From assembly GCF_009914755.1 (NCBI RefSeq), contig NC_060925.1: 64,000 nucleotides of DNA. The stretch is one strand, 5' to 3'. The first letter of the stretch is position 1; each line of letters begins with the position of its first letter. Below are positions 17,200 through 31,726 of this stretch, piece after piece. Position numbers and translations under genes: made by a program. The stretch comes from the human T2T-CHM13v2.0 reference genome, Homo sapiens. The notes beneath the pieces are model-generated. The model made no database searches, was not told where the DNA came from, and saw nothing but the letters and a program-made list of their open reading frames with translations.

Positions 17200-18650
17200 A
17201 TCTTCAGCAATACTTGACTGAGTACCTACTTCCTGCTAGACACTGGAGATACAGACATGAATAAAGCACAGTCTCTGATCTTGGGATGTTTCCTCTACAG
17301 TGGAGTTGGGAAGCATGAGGCATGAGGACATGTAAATAGTAATTACAATACTGCAAGAAGTGTTGCAGTTGAGGTCAGTACACAGCGTAACGGGAACCTG
17401 GAAAAGGAAGTGCTTTAGTCTTCCCTGGAAGGAACATTCAGTGAATGCTCCCTGGGGGACGTGAGGCTTATTCAGCAAACCGAAGGATGAGTCTAAGTTT
17501 CCCAGATCGGGAGCATGGGAAGGAGCATTCAGTGGGGCACAGGGTGGGTTTGAAGAAGTGCTGAGGGGTAAGCCTGGAAGGTAGGCTGTGACAGGGTCAT
17601 GGAGGGTGTCGGGTTCTCGGCTCTGGAGTTTTTCATTACCCTTACGGCCACTTGGAGACACCAGAAAGTTTAGGTAAGAATGTGACATGGCCGCATTTAC
17701 TTTTTTCTTAAAAAATATTATTAAGGTATAATTTTCATACAATAAAATATATCCCTTTGATGGTACAGTTCATTGAGATTTAACAAATACACACTTGTAG
17801 AATCGTGGCCACAGCTGACATAGAGAATATTTCTGTCATATAAGTTCCCTTGTGCCCCTTTGAAGTCAGTCCTCTCTTCCTCCTGCTCCCAGACAATAAC
17901 TTAACTGCTTTGTTTCACTAGGGATGGGTTTGCCTTTTGTACAGTTTCCTAGAAATGAAACCATGTTTCTGTGTGGTTTCTGTAGTATGTTCTGAATTCT
18001 TTCACTCAGCATGTTTGTAGAAATTCATACATGTTGTTGCATGTATCAGTAATTGGTTCCTATTTATTTCTGTGTAAATATTACATCAGATTTAGTCCTA
18101 AGAAAGATTACTTTGGCTGCAACATGGATAGTGAATTGGAAGAGAGGGCAGGATGAGCCAGGGACATCAGGGGAGAGGTACTCAAAGCAAATTCATGTGA
18201 GATGGGGTGGCCAGAACTCAGACAGTGAATGGTAGGATAATAGAGAGAAAGAGGTGGATTAGAGGGGTATTTATGAGAGAGACATTCTGACCAAATAGGA
18301 GCTAAGGAAGGATAAGAAGTTAAAAGGACTTCCAGGTCTGGCGTAGGTTATATCCAGATAGGTACAGTTCTCCAAAACAGTGAGGCCACAGGGAATGAGA
18401 ACAGAGTTCAGGGCAGAGGCTATGCTGTGATAGAGCAGAGAGCCTCTCCCTCAGGAACATGAAGTCCTTGGCTAAGCAGGGGCTTGGAGTCAGACCTGGG
18501 CTGAATGCTGGTTTTCTGTTCCTTCCTACTACTGTGATTATGGACAAATCAGTGCATCCCTGAAAGCCTTGATTTCCTCAGTGAGGTCAAAGAGTTGCTA
18601 GAGGGTTTAACCCAGTGTGTGGCACTTAGTAGGCACTCAGTTATTATGTG
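17200..18650. mobile_element. Degenerate L2, L1ME and MIR fragments
   Basis: L2-like gagatacagacatgaataaag; L1ME-like aattttcatacaataaaat; MIR-like ggcacttagtaggcactca. Confidence 0.55.
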
Positions 18651-19132
18651 CAGACAAGGATTGTGCTTTTCAATGGATCTCCAGCCTCTAGCACATAGGA
18701 GGTGCCCAGTAAATATTTGAAGGTATACATGCACCAGTAGGGCTTTGCCAAAGCTCTTGTGAGCCATAATTGAGTGTGTGCCAGGACTGCTGTGGACTGG
18801 GCATCTGAATACACCAGACAGTGCCACCTGGCTGATGGAAAGCATGGGACCAGATCAATAGGCTGAGCTCTCTTTAGAGTAAAACCTCTAGTTCTTACTG
18901 CCAGGAAGACAGCATATGCTTAGCATGTCCAATCTGGAGGTGACCTGTAAGACATCTTTGTCCCCATTCCTGTGATCCCTGAATCATGTTGTTTCTGAAT
19001 ATTCAGGGGTGGGAGTGTCCTATCACAGAGAAAGTCTTGTTCATCTCAGTCTACTATATGCTGTAAAACCGAAGATGCCAGCAGCTTTCGCTTATATCTG
19101 TCACCACTGACTATCTCTCTCCCTTGGTACAG

Positions 19133-19265
19133 GAGTTTGACCCTGAAGAGTTCTACCACCTTTTAGAAGCAGCTGAGGGCCACGCCAAAGAGGGACAAGG
19201 GATTAAATGTGACATTCCCCGCTACATCGTTAGCCAGCTGGGCCTCACCCGGGATCCCCTAGAAG
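19133..19265 (+). CDS. MAST2: MAST2 exon ([16 protein letters not shown]...RDPLE)
   Basis: gtacag|GAG...GAAG|gtgagc; 133 nt. Confidence 0.95.
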
Positions 19266-20101
19266 GTGAGCATGCTGCCTAGTGGCTGCAAAGAGGCCCC
19301 ACTGCTGCTGGCAAGCTCTAACAGCAGGGAAGCTGCTTGGAAAAGAGACTTAGCTTGGACATGGACACAACATGGCCCCGGGGGCCTCAGGATTTTAGGA
19401 GATACCCTGTGATCTCTGTGACAAAACAGTCTTTACTTTGGAACTGCTGTTCACATCTGCCTGATAGATCCCAACCTGGATTGCATCGGCCCGGCTGAGT
19501 TGCATTTAGAACCTCAGTTCCAAAGAGGTCAACAACAAAGGGCCACAATCACATTTGCAAAAATGGTCACCTCCTCTGCAACTTGCCTCTACTCTTGGCC
19601 ACCTTACAGGTCTTCCTGTGTCTTTGGGGTAGTCCAACACAGGGCTTCAGAGGATACTGCCATTCTTCTGGGCTTCCTGCTGAACCCCTGCAGCAACCAT
19701 GGGCTTCCAAGTCCCTGGTCTGTAGGTATCCTGCTCCTGCCTTCTGTGCTTCCCAGCCCCATCCAGTGAAGCCAGTGAAGCAGTCTTGGCCAGCAGGATG
19801 GGAACTAGTAACCCAGTTTCAGGCCCTGTTTTCCAGGAAATGTCCCCAGTTTATAGAATTTGCCAGGCCCTGTGAATGGCAATGGACTTCTGGAAATGGG
19901 AGTAGCAGTAGGATTTGGCTTGTTTCCTGATCCAAAAGCTGGGACTACATTGGGTATAGTGCCATGGGACTGAATTCACATCCTAGGCTGATGCAAAAAG
20001 CATTAATGACTACCCTACATGCACCTGTTGTGTGATCTGAGGATACTGCTGAGATACCTGACATTGCCACGCACATTCTTCTCTTGTATCTTTGTTTCCA
20101 G

Positions 20102-20163
20102 AAATGGCCCAGTTGAGCAGCTGTGACAGTCCTGACACTCCAGAGACAGATGATTCTATTGAG
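20102..20163 (+). CDS. MAST2: MAST2 exon (MAQLSSCDSPDTPETDDSIE)
   Basis: ttccag|AA...GAG|gtaaaa; 62 nt. Confidence 0.93.
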
Positions 20164-20424
20164 GTAAAAACCCTGAGCTCCTACCCCATTCCTGGAGCCT
20201 GGGCCCTATGAAGCAAAGAGCTATGAATTCTCTTTAAGAGAATATCTGAGGAAGGGATGGGGGAGTTGGTGACAGCAAACACTGAGAAGTCATTCTACTC
20301 CCAGAAGAATGAGCAGGAGACTGCACTAGAGCTGACAGCTGAGAAGATGCTAGAGCCACAGCTTCTGCAAGGATATGGGCTCTGAGAAGCATGCCTGTCT
20401 CCTGCCTTTTCCCTTGTCTTCCAG

Positions 20425-20510
20425 GGCCATGGGGCATCTCTGCCATCTAAAAAGACACCCTCTGAAGAGGACTTCGAGACCATTAAGCTCATCAGCAATG
20501 GCGCCTATGG
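20425..20510 (+). CDS. MAST2: MAST2 exon, kinase start (FETIKLISNGAYG)
   Basis: ttccag|GGC...TGG|gtaaag; 86 nt. Confidence 0.95.
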
Positions 20511-20877
20511 GTAAAGGCAGGGGTCAGGGTGTGGCCAGGACTGAAGCCGGGTCAGCCTTTGATCTCTTCCATGTGAGAGTGTATGCTGCCCAGTCCTCTG
20601 GGCAGATGCCTCGGGGTGGACCTTCTCACTCCCAGAAGCCTCCTGGGTGGGCAGGAGTTCAGATTCCTCTGACATCCGATCATTGTTCCTTTCCCAGACA
20701 AGATTCCCACGCCTCTTACTACCACGCATCCTCCATTCCCTGAGCTCTGGGGAAGCATTGAGCCGTGTCATCAGGACATGGTCTATCAAGAAGTTTAAGA
20801 GTTCTATGGACCAGGGGGTCCCAGACCCTTCTCACTGATATGCATGCCCTTGCCCCCTTGTTCTGTGCATTAATTAA

Positions 20878-21216
<339 letters not shown>

Positions 21217-22034
21217 TGAGACTTAGCCTTAAACAGGGACCAGCAGCTTTGTACAGAGGTGAAGTTTCAGGGCCCAGCTTTCCAGTCCACCTTTGGCATT
21301 GGTTTCTGCCTCAGGATCACAGAGACCATTTGGCCACAGTGGGCACAAAGCTCCCTGCCTCTACCATGAGAGGCATTCTGGGATAGGATGTAGCAGGCCA
21401 GCAGCTATAGAATCTTGCACCCCAAAGCCTGCACGCTCTCTACTGCTGGTATCAGACAGCAACAGAGGAGGCAGCAGAGCTACAAAAGCCCAGGATTAGG
21501 TGCTAGGAGGTTTGCATCTGGACCCTCAGAAGAAAGGAAAGCCATTAATTACCCTGACTGGCTTGCAAAGGGGACACCCCTTAAAACCAAGCAAAATGCT
21601 CTGAGAATAGAACAGAAGAGCAACATGGGGCATAGTTCTGGAGGGAGGCAGCAGCTTTGCCAGTTTCCCTTCCCTCTCACCTTCTCACTGTGTGTACAGC
21701 CTCCAAAGATACTGTGCCTAGTCTTGAAGCTGAAGCTGAACAAAACTGTCCTTTAGTGTTTACTGGGTACATGCTGGGAGTTCATAGTGTTACTTTACTC
21801 AGAAACTAAAAGCCAGTAAGAAGGAAGTAACATGAACAGATGTTAACATCTCAGCCAGATGTGTTTACAGTATGCAGTATTCCTGTCCTAAAAAACATTA
21901 GGCTGGTACAAAAGTAATTGCATGTTTGCCATTACTTTTAATAAAGGCCTGGGTTCCTTCCCTCTCTGGCCTGAAAAATGTCCATGACAGCTATTAGCAG
22001 ATTCACTTTACTTTCCACCCCCCTCCATACCCTG

Positions 22035-22700
<666 letters not shown>

Positions 22701-22853
22701 CCCTGTCTCCCACCCATGCCAGCAGCAAAGGGGCTAGAATCAGAGTCTCCAGCACCAGGATATTCCATGAAGCTGTCTCCTCTGGGACCTCAGAAACTGC
22801 CAGATGGGAGCTGGCTAGCTAGAGCAGGGAACTGAATCCTTTCCTCATGGTAG

Positions 22854-23081
<228 letters not shown>

Positions 23082-24864
23082 TAGCTCTAAATCTATCCAG
23101 ATGGCTACCGGGAAAACATGCTCCTGTGTGTGTCCATCTGGGCCTAGTTCTCTAGTCCCCCGACCACCCCAGATGCAGATCATTGCCTCAAGGTCTGGCT
23201 GGAACACTATAAGGCTTCGGTGACATGGAAGAGTCATTGAGGAGCCCCACTGAAGAAACCAAGCAAGAACAAAAGAATAAGCACATCTAGTAGATGGCTA
23301 AACAAGTGTCCTGACGTTTACTGACATCTACTCTGTGCCAGCACTATATTGTGGGTTTTTAAATGTAGTCCCTGGCATGTAGAACTTAAGTCTACAGTGG
23401 GAGACAGAAATATATGTATATAGGCTTCTTCTCAGAGGGTATTAGTCAAGTGGAAAAAGGAAGACCTGCTTTCTAAAGCAGGAGAGCAGAATGTGCAGAG
23501 TCACACAGGTGCAAGAGAACAGCACTTGTTCAGGAACTACAAATAGTGCAATATGGCGACAGCTTAGATGGTGAGAGAGTAGTAAGAGAAAAGGCTAGAG
23601 AGAGAGGCAGGAACTAGTTCATCAAGGGCCCTTTTGTTATATTTGGGTTTTATTCTAAAGGGGCCTAGAGAGTCTTGGAAGGGTGTGCTAACCAAAGATA
23701 TGATAGAATGGCATGCCCAGATTATGGTTCAGGTTTAGAAAGCTCACTCTGCCGGTGAAAAGAGACACTGAGACCACTGCCAAAGAGATACCGAGACCAG
23801 GGAAAGACAGCAATGCCTGCAGCAGAACAGGGAGTCAGGATAGAAAGAAGAGGGGTAGTGTGGGGAAGTATAAAGGAAAGAGGATCAGGCTGGGGTGGGG
23901 GTAGGAAGGGAAGTGAGGGAACAGAAGAGGCTGGGATGTGTTCCAGATTTCCAGCTTGGGACTGGTGCAGGGTGATAAGCCTCTGTGGAAGAAAGTGGCT
24001 TTGACATAAGACAGACCTGAATTCAAATGGCCACTCTTCTGCTTATTAAGTCTGAGTTTGAGTCTACTAATTAAAGTTTCCCTGACCCTCACGTTCCTCC
24101 TTTCTAATATAGGGAATAATTACACCTACCTTTGATGTGTTACTCTAGAAAACATTTCAGGGGCCAGAATATTTTTAAAGCACTTAGCACAGAGCTCAAC
24201 AGATAACCAAAATTATTGTTTTTCACTGAGGAGGGGAACCAGTTGGGAGGCATGACTTTGTTTTGGACAGGTTGAGTTTCTGGAGCCTGTAAGACACATG
24301 GGCAGTTGGGTAGGCCTGGAGCTCAAAAAGGAAGTCAGAGCCAGAGGTACTATTTGGGGAATCATTAGAATAAAAGGGTGGCAGGGTAAAGCCTTCAGCA
24401 CAAAATGAGTGGCTCAGGCAGAGTATATAAAGGGATCTTAGTTCTAGTTTCTCCCAACTAACCCTCCTCCCAAGACCAGCCATGGACATGGAACAAAATT
24501 ATGTGTGCCCCCTGCCCCTCTCCCTGAAACAGGAGTATTATGGGCCACTCAGATTGGGAGAGGGGACTAGGAATGGCTCCAGCAGCTGCCTTAGGATGAG
24601 GCTGATCTCAGCTCTGTAGAAGAAACTCTGTTCCTCAACTGAATGACTCCTGCCCCCAACATAGAATACAGTTAGGGCAATAAGCAGAAATGGAGTTGTG
24701 GGAATGGGCAAAAGGCAGGTTCGTTGCTTGTGCAGAATGCAGCACTCACACAGCCAGAGCGATTTACGTGTCCACACCTGCCTGTCCCCCCAGCTGAAGC
24801 TACCCAGCTTGTGTCTCACAGTACCCCCATGGAAGCCTGAGTGGGGAAACTGGGCATATACTAA

Positions 24865-25071
<207 letters not shown>

Positions 25072-25102
25072 TGATACACTGGGGGTTAAATTCTAGGCCC
25101 TT

Positions 25103-25210
25103 GTCCTGGCGCAGTGTCTTACGCCCGTAATCCCAACCCTTTGGGAGGCTGAGGCAGGAGGATCGCTTGAGGCCAGCCTGGGCAACATAGTGAGACCCCA
25201 TCTCTACATT
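25103..25210 (+). mobile_element. FLAM/AluJ monomer
   Basis: Left-arm monomer; TSD-like attc(t/c)aggccct. Confidence 0.75.
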
Positions 25211-25840
25211 TGTGTACACATACATAGATTCCAGGCCCTAGAATAAGGCCTTGGGGCCATATGCCTACCTTGTAGCTAGATGTTAAGATTGGGAACCCCT
25301 ATCTTTTCTACCTTTGGGTTCCAGAGAGGCACTGAGATAGGTAGCACATTTGGAAAACAGGATGAGCCTTGAGAATCATATGGATATAAAATCCAAAGTC
25401 ATCTTCCTCCTCAGGGTTTGGGGAAAATAGGTCATATAACTGTTAGCACAGAGTTTCATATGAGATCAGTCCTGAATCTCCCAGCCTGAATCAAGGGCAA
25501 GGCTCTCCTGGAGCCTGAGGTTCTTGGAACACAGCTCTGAATTTCCATTGGGCTGTGGCCCAGTGTCCTGAGAGGCAGCCTCTGGATGTTCCCTGGTTTG
25601 ACATTTCAGGTTGTGACTGTTCACCGGTCCCTGTAGTTGTTACATGACTGATAGGGTCTGTTTTGTTAGAGGCTGGAGTGCAGAGGCCCATTGTGGGATC
25701 ACATGCCAGAGGTGGGTGTTGAGGGCTTAAGGGATGGTAGTTCCGGGCTAGAATGAGACATTTTTGTTAATTAGGAAATACCTACTGACAGTTCCGACTC
25801 TTGTTCCCTGGGGCTTCTGTTGATCTTGTTCATTAACTAA

Positions 25841-26179
<339 letters not shown>

Positions 26180-26658
26180 TGATGTATGCAGGCAGCTCGT
26201 GAGGCCTGTGAGCTCTTGTTCTGAACTCATCATGTGTGTTTGTGATGTCTGCTGCTTTGGGGATGGGTGTCTCTGTGTTTCTGCATGTACATACATGTGC
26301 ACACTGTGTCCCTTGGGGCTTCACATGTCTCTCATAGACACCTGGTCTCTCATATACACCTGGGTGTTCCTGTCTGTGTATGTGCACATCCCATAAGTGT
26401 GAGGGGTACGTCTGTGTATGTTTTGTGGAGTATAAAAGCAGGGTGAGCTAGAGCTTTGCAGTGCCTGCTGTGGATCAAAGATCAAGCTATGGTCTAGGAA
26501 CCTATAGAATTTAAGGACTGGGGTCCCAGGCAAGGCTTTCAGGGACTCCAGGCTGGGTCCTTTTTGCCTCCTTTCCTTTCACTGTTCTGGGACCCTCTTC
26601 TGCATCTCTCCACTCTACCCACAATTTCTCCTTTCCCTCTCACCCCTGATGACTTCAG

Positions 26659-26760
26659 ATGAGATTGTGTGGCCTGAGGGTGATGAGGCACTGCCCCCAG
26701 ACGCCCAGGACCTCACCTCCAAACTGCTCCACCAGAACCCTCTGGAGAGACTTGGCACAG
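26659..26760 (+). CDS. MAST2: MAST2 kinase exon ([11 protein letters not shown]...ERLGT)
   Basis: ttcag|AT...ACAG|gtaggg; 102 nt. Confidence 0.95.
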
Positions 26761-27023
26761 GTAGGGCAGGCCCTGCTAACTTTTCTCACTACTTGGAAAA
26801 GGGGTAAGGGAGGCTGAGTCATGTACCCTGGAGGTTCAGGCTTCGGTTACGGGCAGCCCCTCTGGATCCTGAAACTCTGCCCTGCTCTGTAGGCAGAAAA
26901 GGGAAGATGCTTGAGCTGATCCCCTAGGTATAGCTTCTGAAGGTCTGGCTTCTTGCTAGATTTGCTGACCTAGACTCCATGCTGCTCATCCTACCCCCTT
27001 GCCCATGTCCTCCCTGTCCACAG

Positions 27024-27146
27024 GCAGTGCCTATGAGGTGAAGCAGCACCCATTCTTTACTGGTCTGGACTGGACAGGACTTCTCCGCCAGAAGGCTGAA
27101 TTTATTCCTCAGTTGGAGTCAGAGGATGATACTAGCTATTTTGACA
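27024..27146 (+). CDS. MAST2: MAST2 exon, kinase end / AGC C-tail ([11 protein letters not shown]...DTSYFD)
   Basis: cacag|GC...GACA|gtaagg; 123 nt. Confidence 0.95.
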
Positions 27147-27321
27147 GTAAGGCCACCGATGGGTGGGGTGGAGGATGGGTCCTACCTGTTTGCCTAGAAA
27201 CACCTGTGCACACTGAAATTGCATTGGGAGCAACTTCTCAGGGCTCTGCTGAAATCTAATGGGGTCACAAGGAGGCCACCAGCAGGGCTCTGAAGGAAAG
27301 TGTCCTTTATGTCTGGCCCAG

Positions 27322-27431
27322 CCCGCTCAGAGCGATACCACCACATGGACTCGGAGGATGAGGAAGAAGTGAGTGAGGATGGCTGCCTTGAGATCCGCCA
27401 GTTCTCTTCCTGCTCTCCAAGGTTCAACAAG
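27322..27431 (+). CDS. MAST2: MAST2 exon, AGC C-tail (RSERYHH...[12 protein letters not shown])
   Basis: cccag|CC...AAG|gtgtga; 110 nt. Confidence 0.94.
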
Positions 27432-27799
27432 GTGTGACTGAGGAGGCCCAGAATGGGCAGAACAGGCTGGAGGATCAGAAGAAGAGGGCCTGTCAAAGGG
27501 CACACCTGGGGCAGGCTCAGGGAGTTGGGGTTGGGGCCACCTCTAGAAAAAGAGGAGCTAAGGGTTGGGGCTACATATAGCTATATATAGGTGCTTCTAG
27601 AACCACTGCTGTCCCTGACATGAGATGCCAGGTCAGATCAGTGGAATAACTCCTTCCCCAAATATTCAGCAGGGGTGTGTGAAGGAGGGATGGAACCGAC
27701 TGGTTCAAATTCCTAGGTTTCCGATGCCAAGGATGCTTTATGCCACTTGGGAGGTACGGCTGCCAGAGCCCATCCCCAGCGCATCCCCTGTGCCCACAG

Positions 27800-27954
27800 G
27801 TGTACAGCAGCATGGAGCGGCTCTCACTGCTCGAGGAGCGCCGGACACCACCCCCGACCAAGCGCAGCCTGAGTGAGGAGAAGGAGGACCATTCAGATGG
27901 CCTGGCAGGGCTCAAAGGCCGAGACCGGAGCTGGGTGATTGGCTCCCCTGAGAT
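27800..27954 (+). CDS. MAST2: MAST2 exon (VYSSMERLS...IGSPE)
   Basis: cacag|GTG...GAT|gtgagc; 155 nt. Confidence 0.94.
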
Positions 27955-28199
27955 GTGAGCACCCAGAGTTCACCCAGGGTGGGCGACACAGCTATCCCTG
28001 CATTGTCACAGATCATGGGAGAGATTCCGATGCCAGGGAGGAGTGCAGGTGGCAGGGAGGGGGCATTCACAAGGGTGGCTCCTGGAGGAATGTCTGCGGA
28101 GGAAAGTTCTGTTACTATAACCCTTGTGTGCCCCTAAGGAGACCTGGCAGGAGGAGGGGGACCACCTGGGTCACTCACCCCAGGCCTTGTGTCTCATAG

Positions 28200-28483
28200 A
28201 TTACGGAAGCGGCTGTCGGTGTCTGAGTCGTCCCACACAGAGAGTGACTCAAGCCCTCCAATGACAGTGCGACGCCGCTGCTCAGGCCTCCTGGATGCGC
28301 CTCGGTTCCCGGAGGGCCCTGAGGAGGCCAGCAGCACCCTCAGGAGGCAACCACAGGAGGGTATATGGGTCCTGACACCCCCATCTGGAGAGGGGGTATC
28401 TGGGCCTGTCACTGAACACTCAGGGGAGCAGCGGCCAAAGCTGGATGAGGAAGCTGTTGGCCGGAGCAGTGGTTCCAGTCCAG
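28200..28483 (+). CDS. MAST2: MAST2 exon (LRKRLSVSESS...SGSSP)
   Basis: catag|A...CCAG|gtatgg; 284 nt. Confidence 0.94.
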
Positions 28484-28583
28484 GTATGGCCCAGTGGGCG
28501 GCCAAACGACCTAAGCTGGAGGATACTGCAGGGCAGGGAGGCTCAGCGGCATCGCGGGTCTCACTGCTTACTTGGGCCTACAG

Positions 28584-28778
28584 CTATGGAGACCCGAGGC
28601 CGTGGGACCTCACAGCTGGCTGAGGGAGCCACAGCCAAGGCCATCAGTGACCTGGCTGTGCGTAGGGCCCGCCACCGGCTGCTCTCTGGGGACTCAACAG
28701 AGAAGCGCACTGCTCGCCCTGTCAACAAAGTGATCAAGTCCGCCTCAGCCACAGCCCTCTCACTCCTCATTCCTTCGG
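28584..28778 (+). CDS. MAST2: MAST2 exon (METRGRG...KSASATALSLLIPS)
   Basis: tacag|CT...TCGG|gtgagg; 195 nt. Confidence 0.94.
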
Positions 28779-29370
28779 GTGAGGCCCCTGGGGAGCTGGG
28801 ATAAAACTCACAGGAAGGGCCTTGTAATCTCTAGGCCTTGGGAGGGTTCTGCACGTGGCAGGTGTGTGTGTGTGTGTTAAGCACAGATCTGACTGTGGTC
28901 TCTGAAGGTGTGTATTGGTGTCTGGGGTTGTGTATACATGTGCCAGAAAGCAGGACAGCACCATGTCACAAGTGCAGGCTTTGGGGTAGAGAGCTCACAC
29001 TCAAATCCTGGCTCCATCACTAACAGGCTCTTGACCTTGAGCAAGTTGCTTAACTTCTCTAAGCCTCAAGTTTCTTATCCAAAAATGTGGATATAATAGA
29101 GGCCAGCTGATAGGTTGTGACATTTAAATATATATGACAAGCTTATATAGTCCCTGATACACACATAAATGCTAGCTGCCATTTCTCATCACCACCACCG
29201 TCTCTTGGGGTCTGGACACGGGAGAGGGCTTCACAGGTCAGGGGCTGTGGGGAAAATGGACCTAGGCTCAGGCTCTGTCTGTGACTAGAGTTGTGCTGAC
29301 ATCAACAGACTGGACCAGGGGCCAGGCCAAAGCCCTCTGACCCACTAAGTCCTGGCTTCTCCTTCTCCAG

Positions 29371-29597
29371 AACACCACACCTGCTCCCCGTTGGCCAGCC
29401 CCATGTCCCCACATTCTCAGTCGTCCAACCCATCATCCCGGGACTCTTCTCCAAGCAGGGACTTCTTGCCAGCCCTTGGCAGCATGAGGCCTCCCATCAT
29501 CATCCACCGAGCTGGCAAGAAGTATGGCTTCACCCTGCGGGCCATTCGCGTCTACATGGGTGACTCCGATGTCTACACCGTGCACCATATGGTGTGG
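29371..29597 (+). CDS. MAST2: MAST2 exon, PDZ N-half ([22 protein letters not shown]...HMVW)
   Basis: tccag|AA...TGG|gtatgt; 227 nt. Confidence 0.95.
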
Positions 29598-29788
29598 GTA
29601 TGTCTGACCATCCAGACCTGCTGTCTCCCTGCTTCATCATCCTTCCAGCTTCCCCTTTGTGGAGCCCATCTGTCCCTGCTCGGGGGTCAAAGGGTGGTGG
29701 TGAAGGGGCTCACAGCTTAATGTCCAGAACCAGGCCCCATACTTCGTGTTCAGGCTCCAGTCTGAGTACTGTTCTCTTCCTGGCACAG

Positions 29789-29911
29789 CACGTGGAGGAT
29801 GGAGGTCCGGCCAGTGAGGCAGGGCTTCGTCAAGGTGACCTCATCACCCATGTCAATGGGGAACCTGTGCATGGCCTGGTGCACACGGAGGTGGTGGAGC
29901 TGATCCTGAAG
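29789..29911 (+). CDS. MAST2: MAST2 exon, PDZ C-half ([13 protein letters not shown]...ELILK)
   Basis: cacag|CAC...AAG|gttagt; 123 nt. Confidence 0.95.
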
Positions 29912-30040
29912 GTTAGTGCTGGGCGTGCTGCCTGCATGGTCCCTGAATGACCTCAGCCTGTGAGTCTGTGATGGCAGTTAGGGGAGTGGGTGAGTTGGGT
30001 GCACACACATCTACACCGAGTATGGATGTAGGTACACACA

Positions 30041-30767
<727 letters not shown>

Positions 30768-30990
30768 TTAGCCTGTTTTCTACCTTCTTACCCCAAACCA
30801 CTCTGGGGCTCCAATGGGAGCCATTTCCTCATCTGTAAAAACAATAATATAGGCCTGTGGTTCAGATGTGTTGGTGCAGGGACAAAAAGCTGGAGCTGTG
30901 GTATAGCCATGCCAGAAGGGAAGGATTGGGGGAGGGGAGGGGCAAGAATATGGCTCCAGCTTAGCCTAGGCCTCATGCTCTGCTCCCCAG

Positions 30991-31127
30991 AGTGGAAACA
31001 AGGTGGCCATTTCAACAACTCCCCTGGAGAACACATCCATTAAAGTGGGGCCAGCTCGGAAGGGCAGCTACAAGGCCAAGATGGCCCGAAGGAGCAAGAG
31101 GAGCCGCGGCAAGGATGGGCAAGAAAG
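30991..31127 (+). CDS. MAST2: MAST2 exon ([18 protein letters not shown]...KDGQE)
   Basis: cccag|AGT...AAAG|gtgagc; 137 nt. Confidence 0.95.
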
Positions 31128-31261
31128 GTGAGCCAGGCGCAGTGAAGAGGGTTTTCTCTGAGCCACATGAGTGCTGGTACGTGGTGGGTGCCTTGGCCCT
31201 GGGGGTCCAGTGTGTGCTGTGCTCACTGCACCGACTCAGCCTTTGACCCTTATCCCCGCAG

Positions 31262-31455
31262 CAGAAAAAGGAGCTCCCTGTTCCGCAAGATCACCAAGCA
31301 AGCATCCCTGCTCCACACCAGCCGCAGCCTTTCTTCCCTTAACCGCTCCTTGTCATCAGGGGAGAGTGGGCCAGGCTCTCCCACACACAGCCACAGCCTT
31401 TCCCCCCGATCTCCCACTCAAGGCTACCGGGTGACCCCCGATGCTGTGCATTCAG
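31262..31455 (+). CDS. MAST2: MAST2 exon ([13 protein letters not shown]...DAVHS); tandem acceptor could start it at 31265
   Basis: cgcag|CAG...TCAG|gtacga; 194 nt. Confidence 0.93.
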
Positions 31456-31726
31456 GTACGAAGGGCTCCCTGCAGATCAGTGACAACCCCTGGGAAATAG
31501 GAAAGTTCCTAGGCCCTGTGTGCTTCTGACAGATCCCACTCTGAGTCTCTCATTTAGCCCACCCCCTGAAAGATCCTGTAGTCTTGGGGAGGAATTAATT
31601 GATGGGGAAGGGGGTAGCTTGGTTTCTGGGACATAACAGGGCTAAGCCCTGTCTTGCCCTTGAGTCACTTCTAACAGCTAACACTGCTCTGCTTTTGTCT
31701 GTCTGTCTGTCTGTCTCTGTACAAAG

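Noticed and set aside
20490-20510. Kinase Gly-rich loop reads SNGAYG rather than GxGxxG
   Set aside because: Normal for the MAST family; HRD, DFG and APE are intact, so not a pseudokinase.
26327-26362. 18-bp tandem duplication gtctctcata(g/t)acacctg
   Set aside because: Real but ordinary two-copy intronic slippage.
27274-27290. Second CTCF-like motif ggccaccagcagggctc
   Set aside because: Several mismatches in the core; much weaker than the site at 34411.
27571-27590. 20-bp imperfect palindrome ctacatatagctatatatag
   Set aside because: Low-complexity TA-rich; likely chance.
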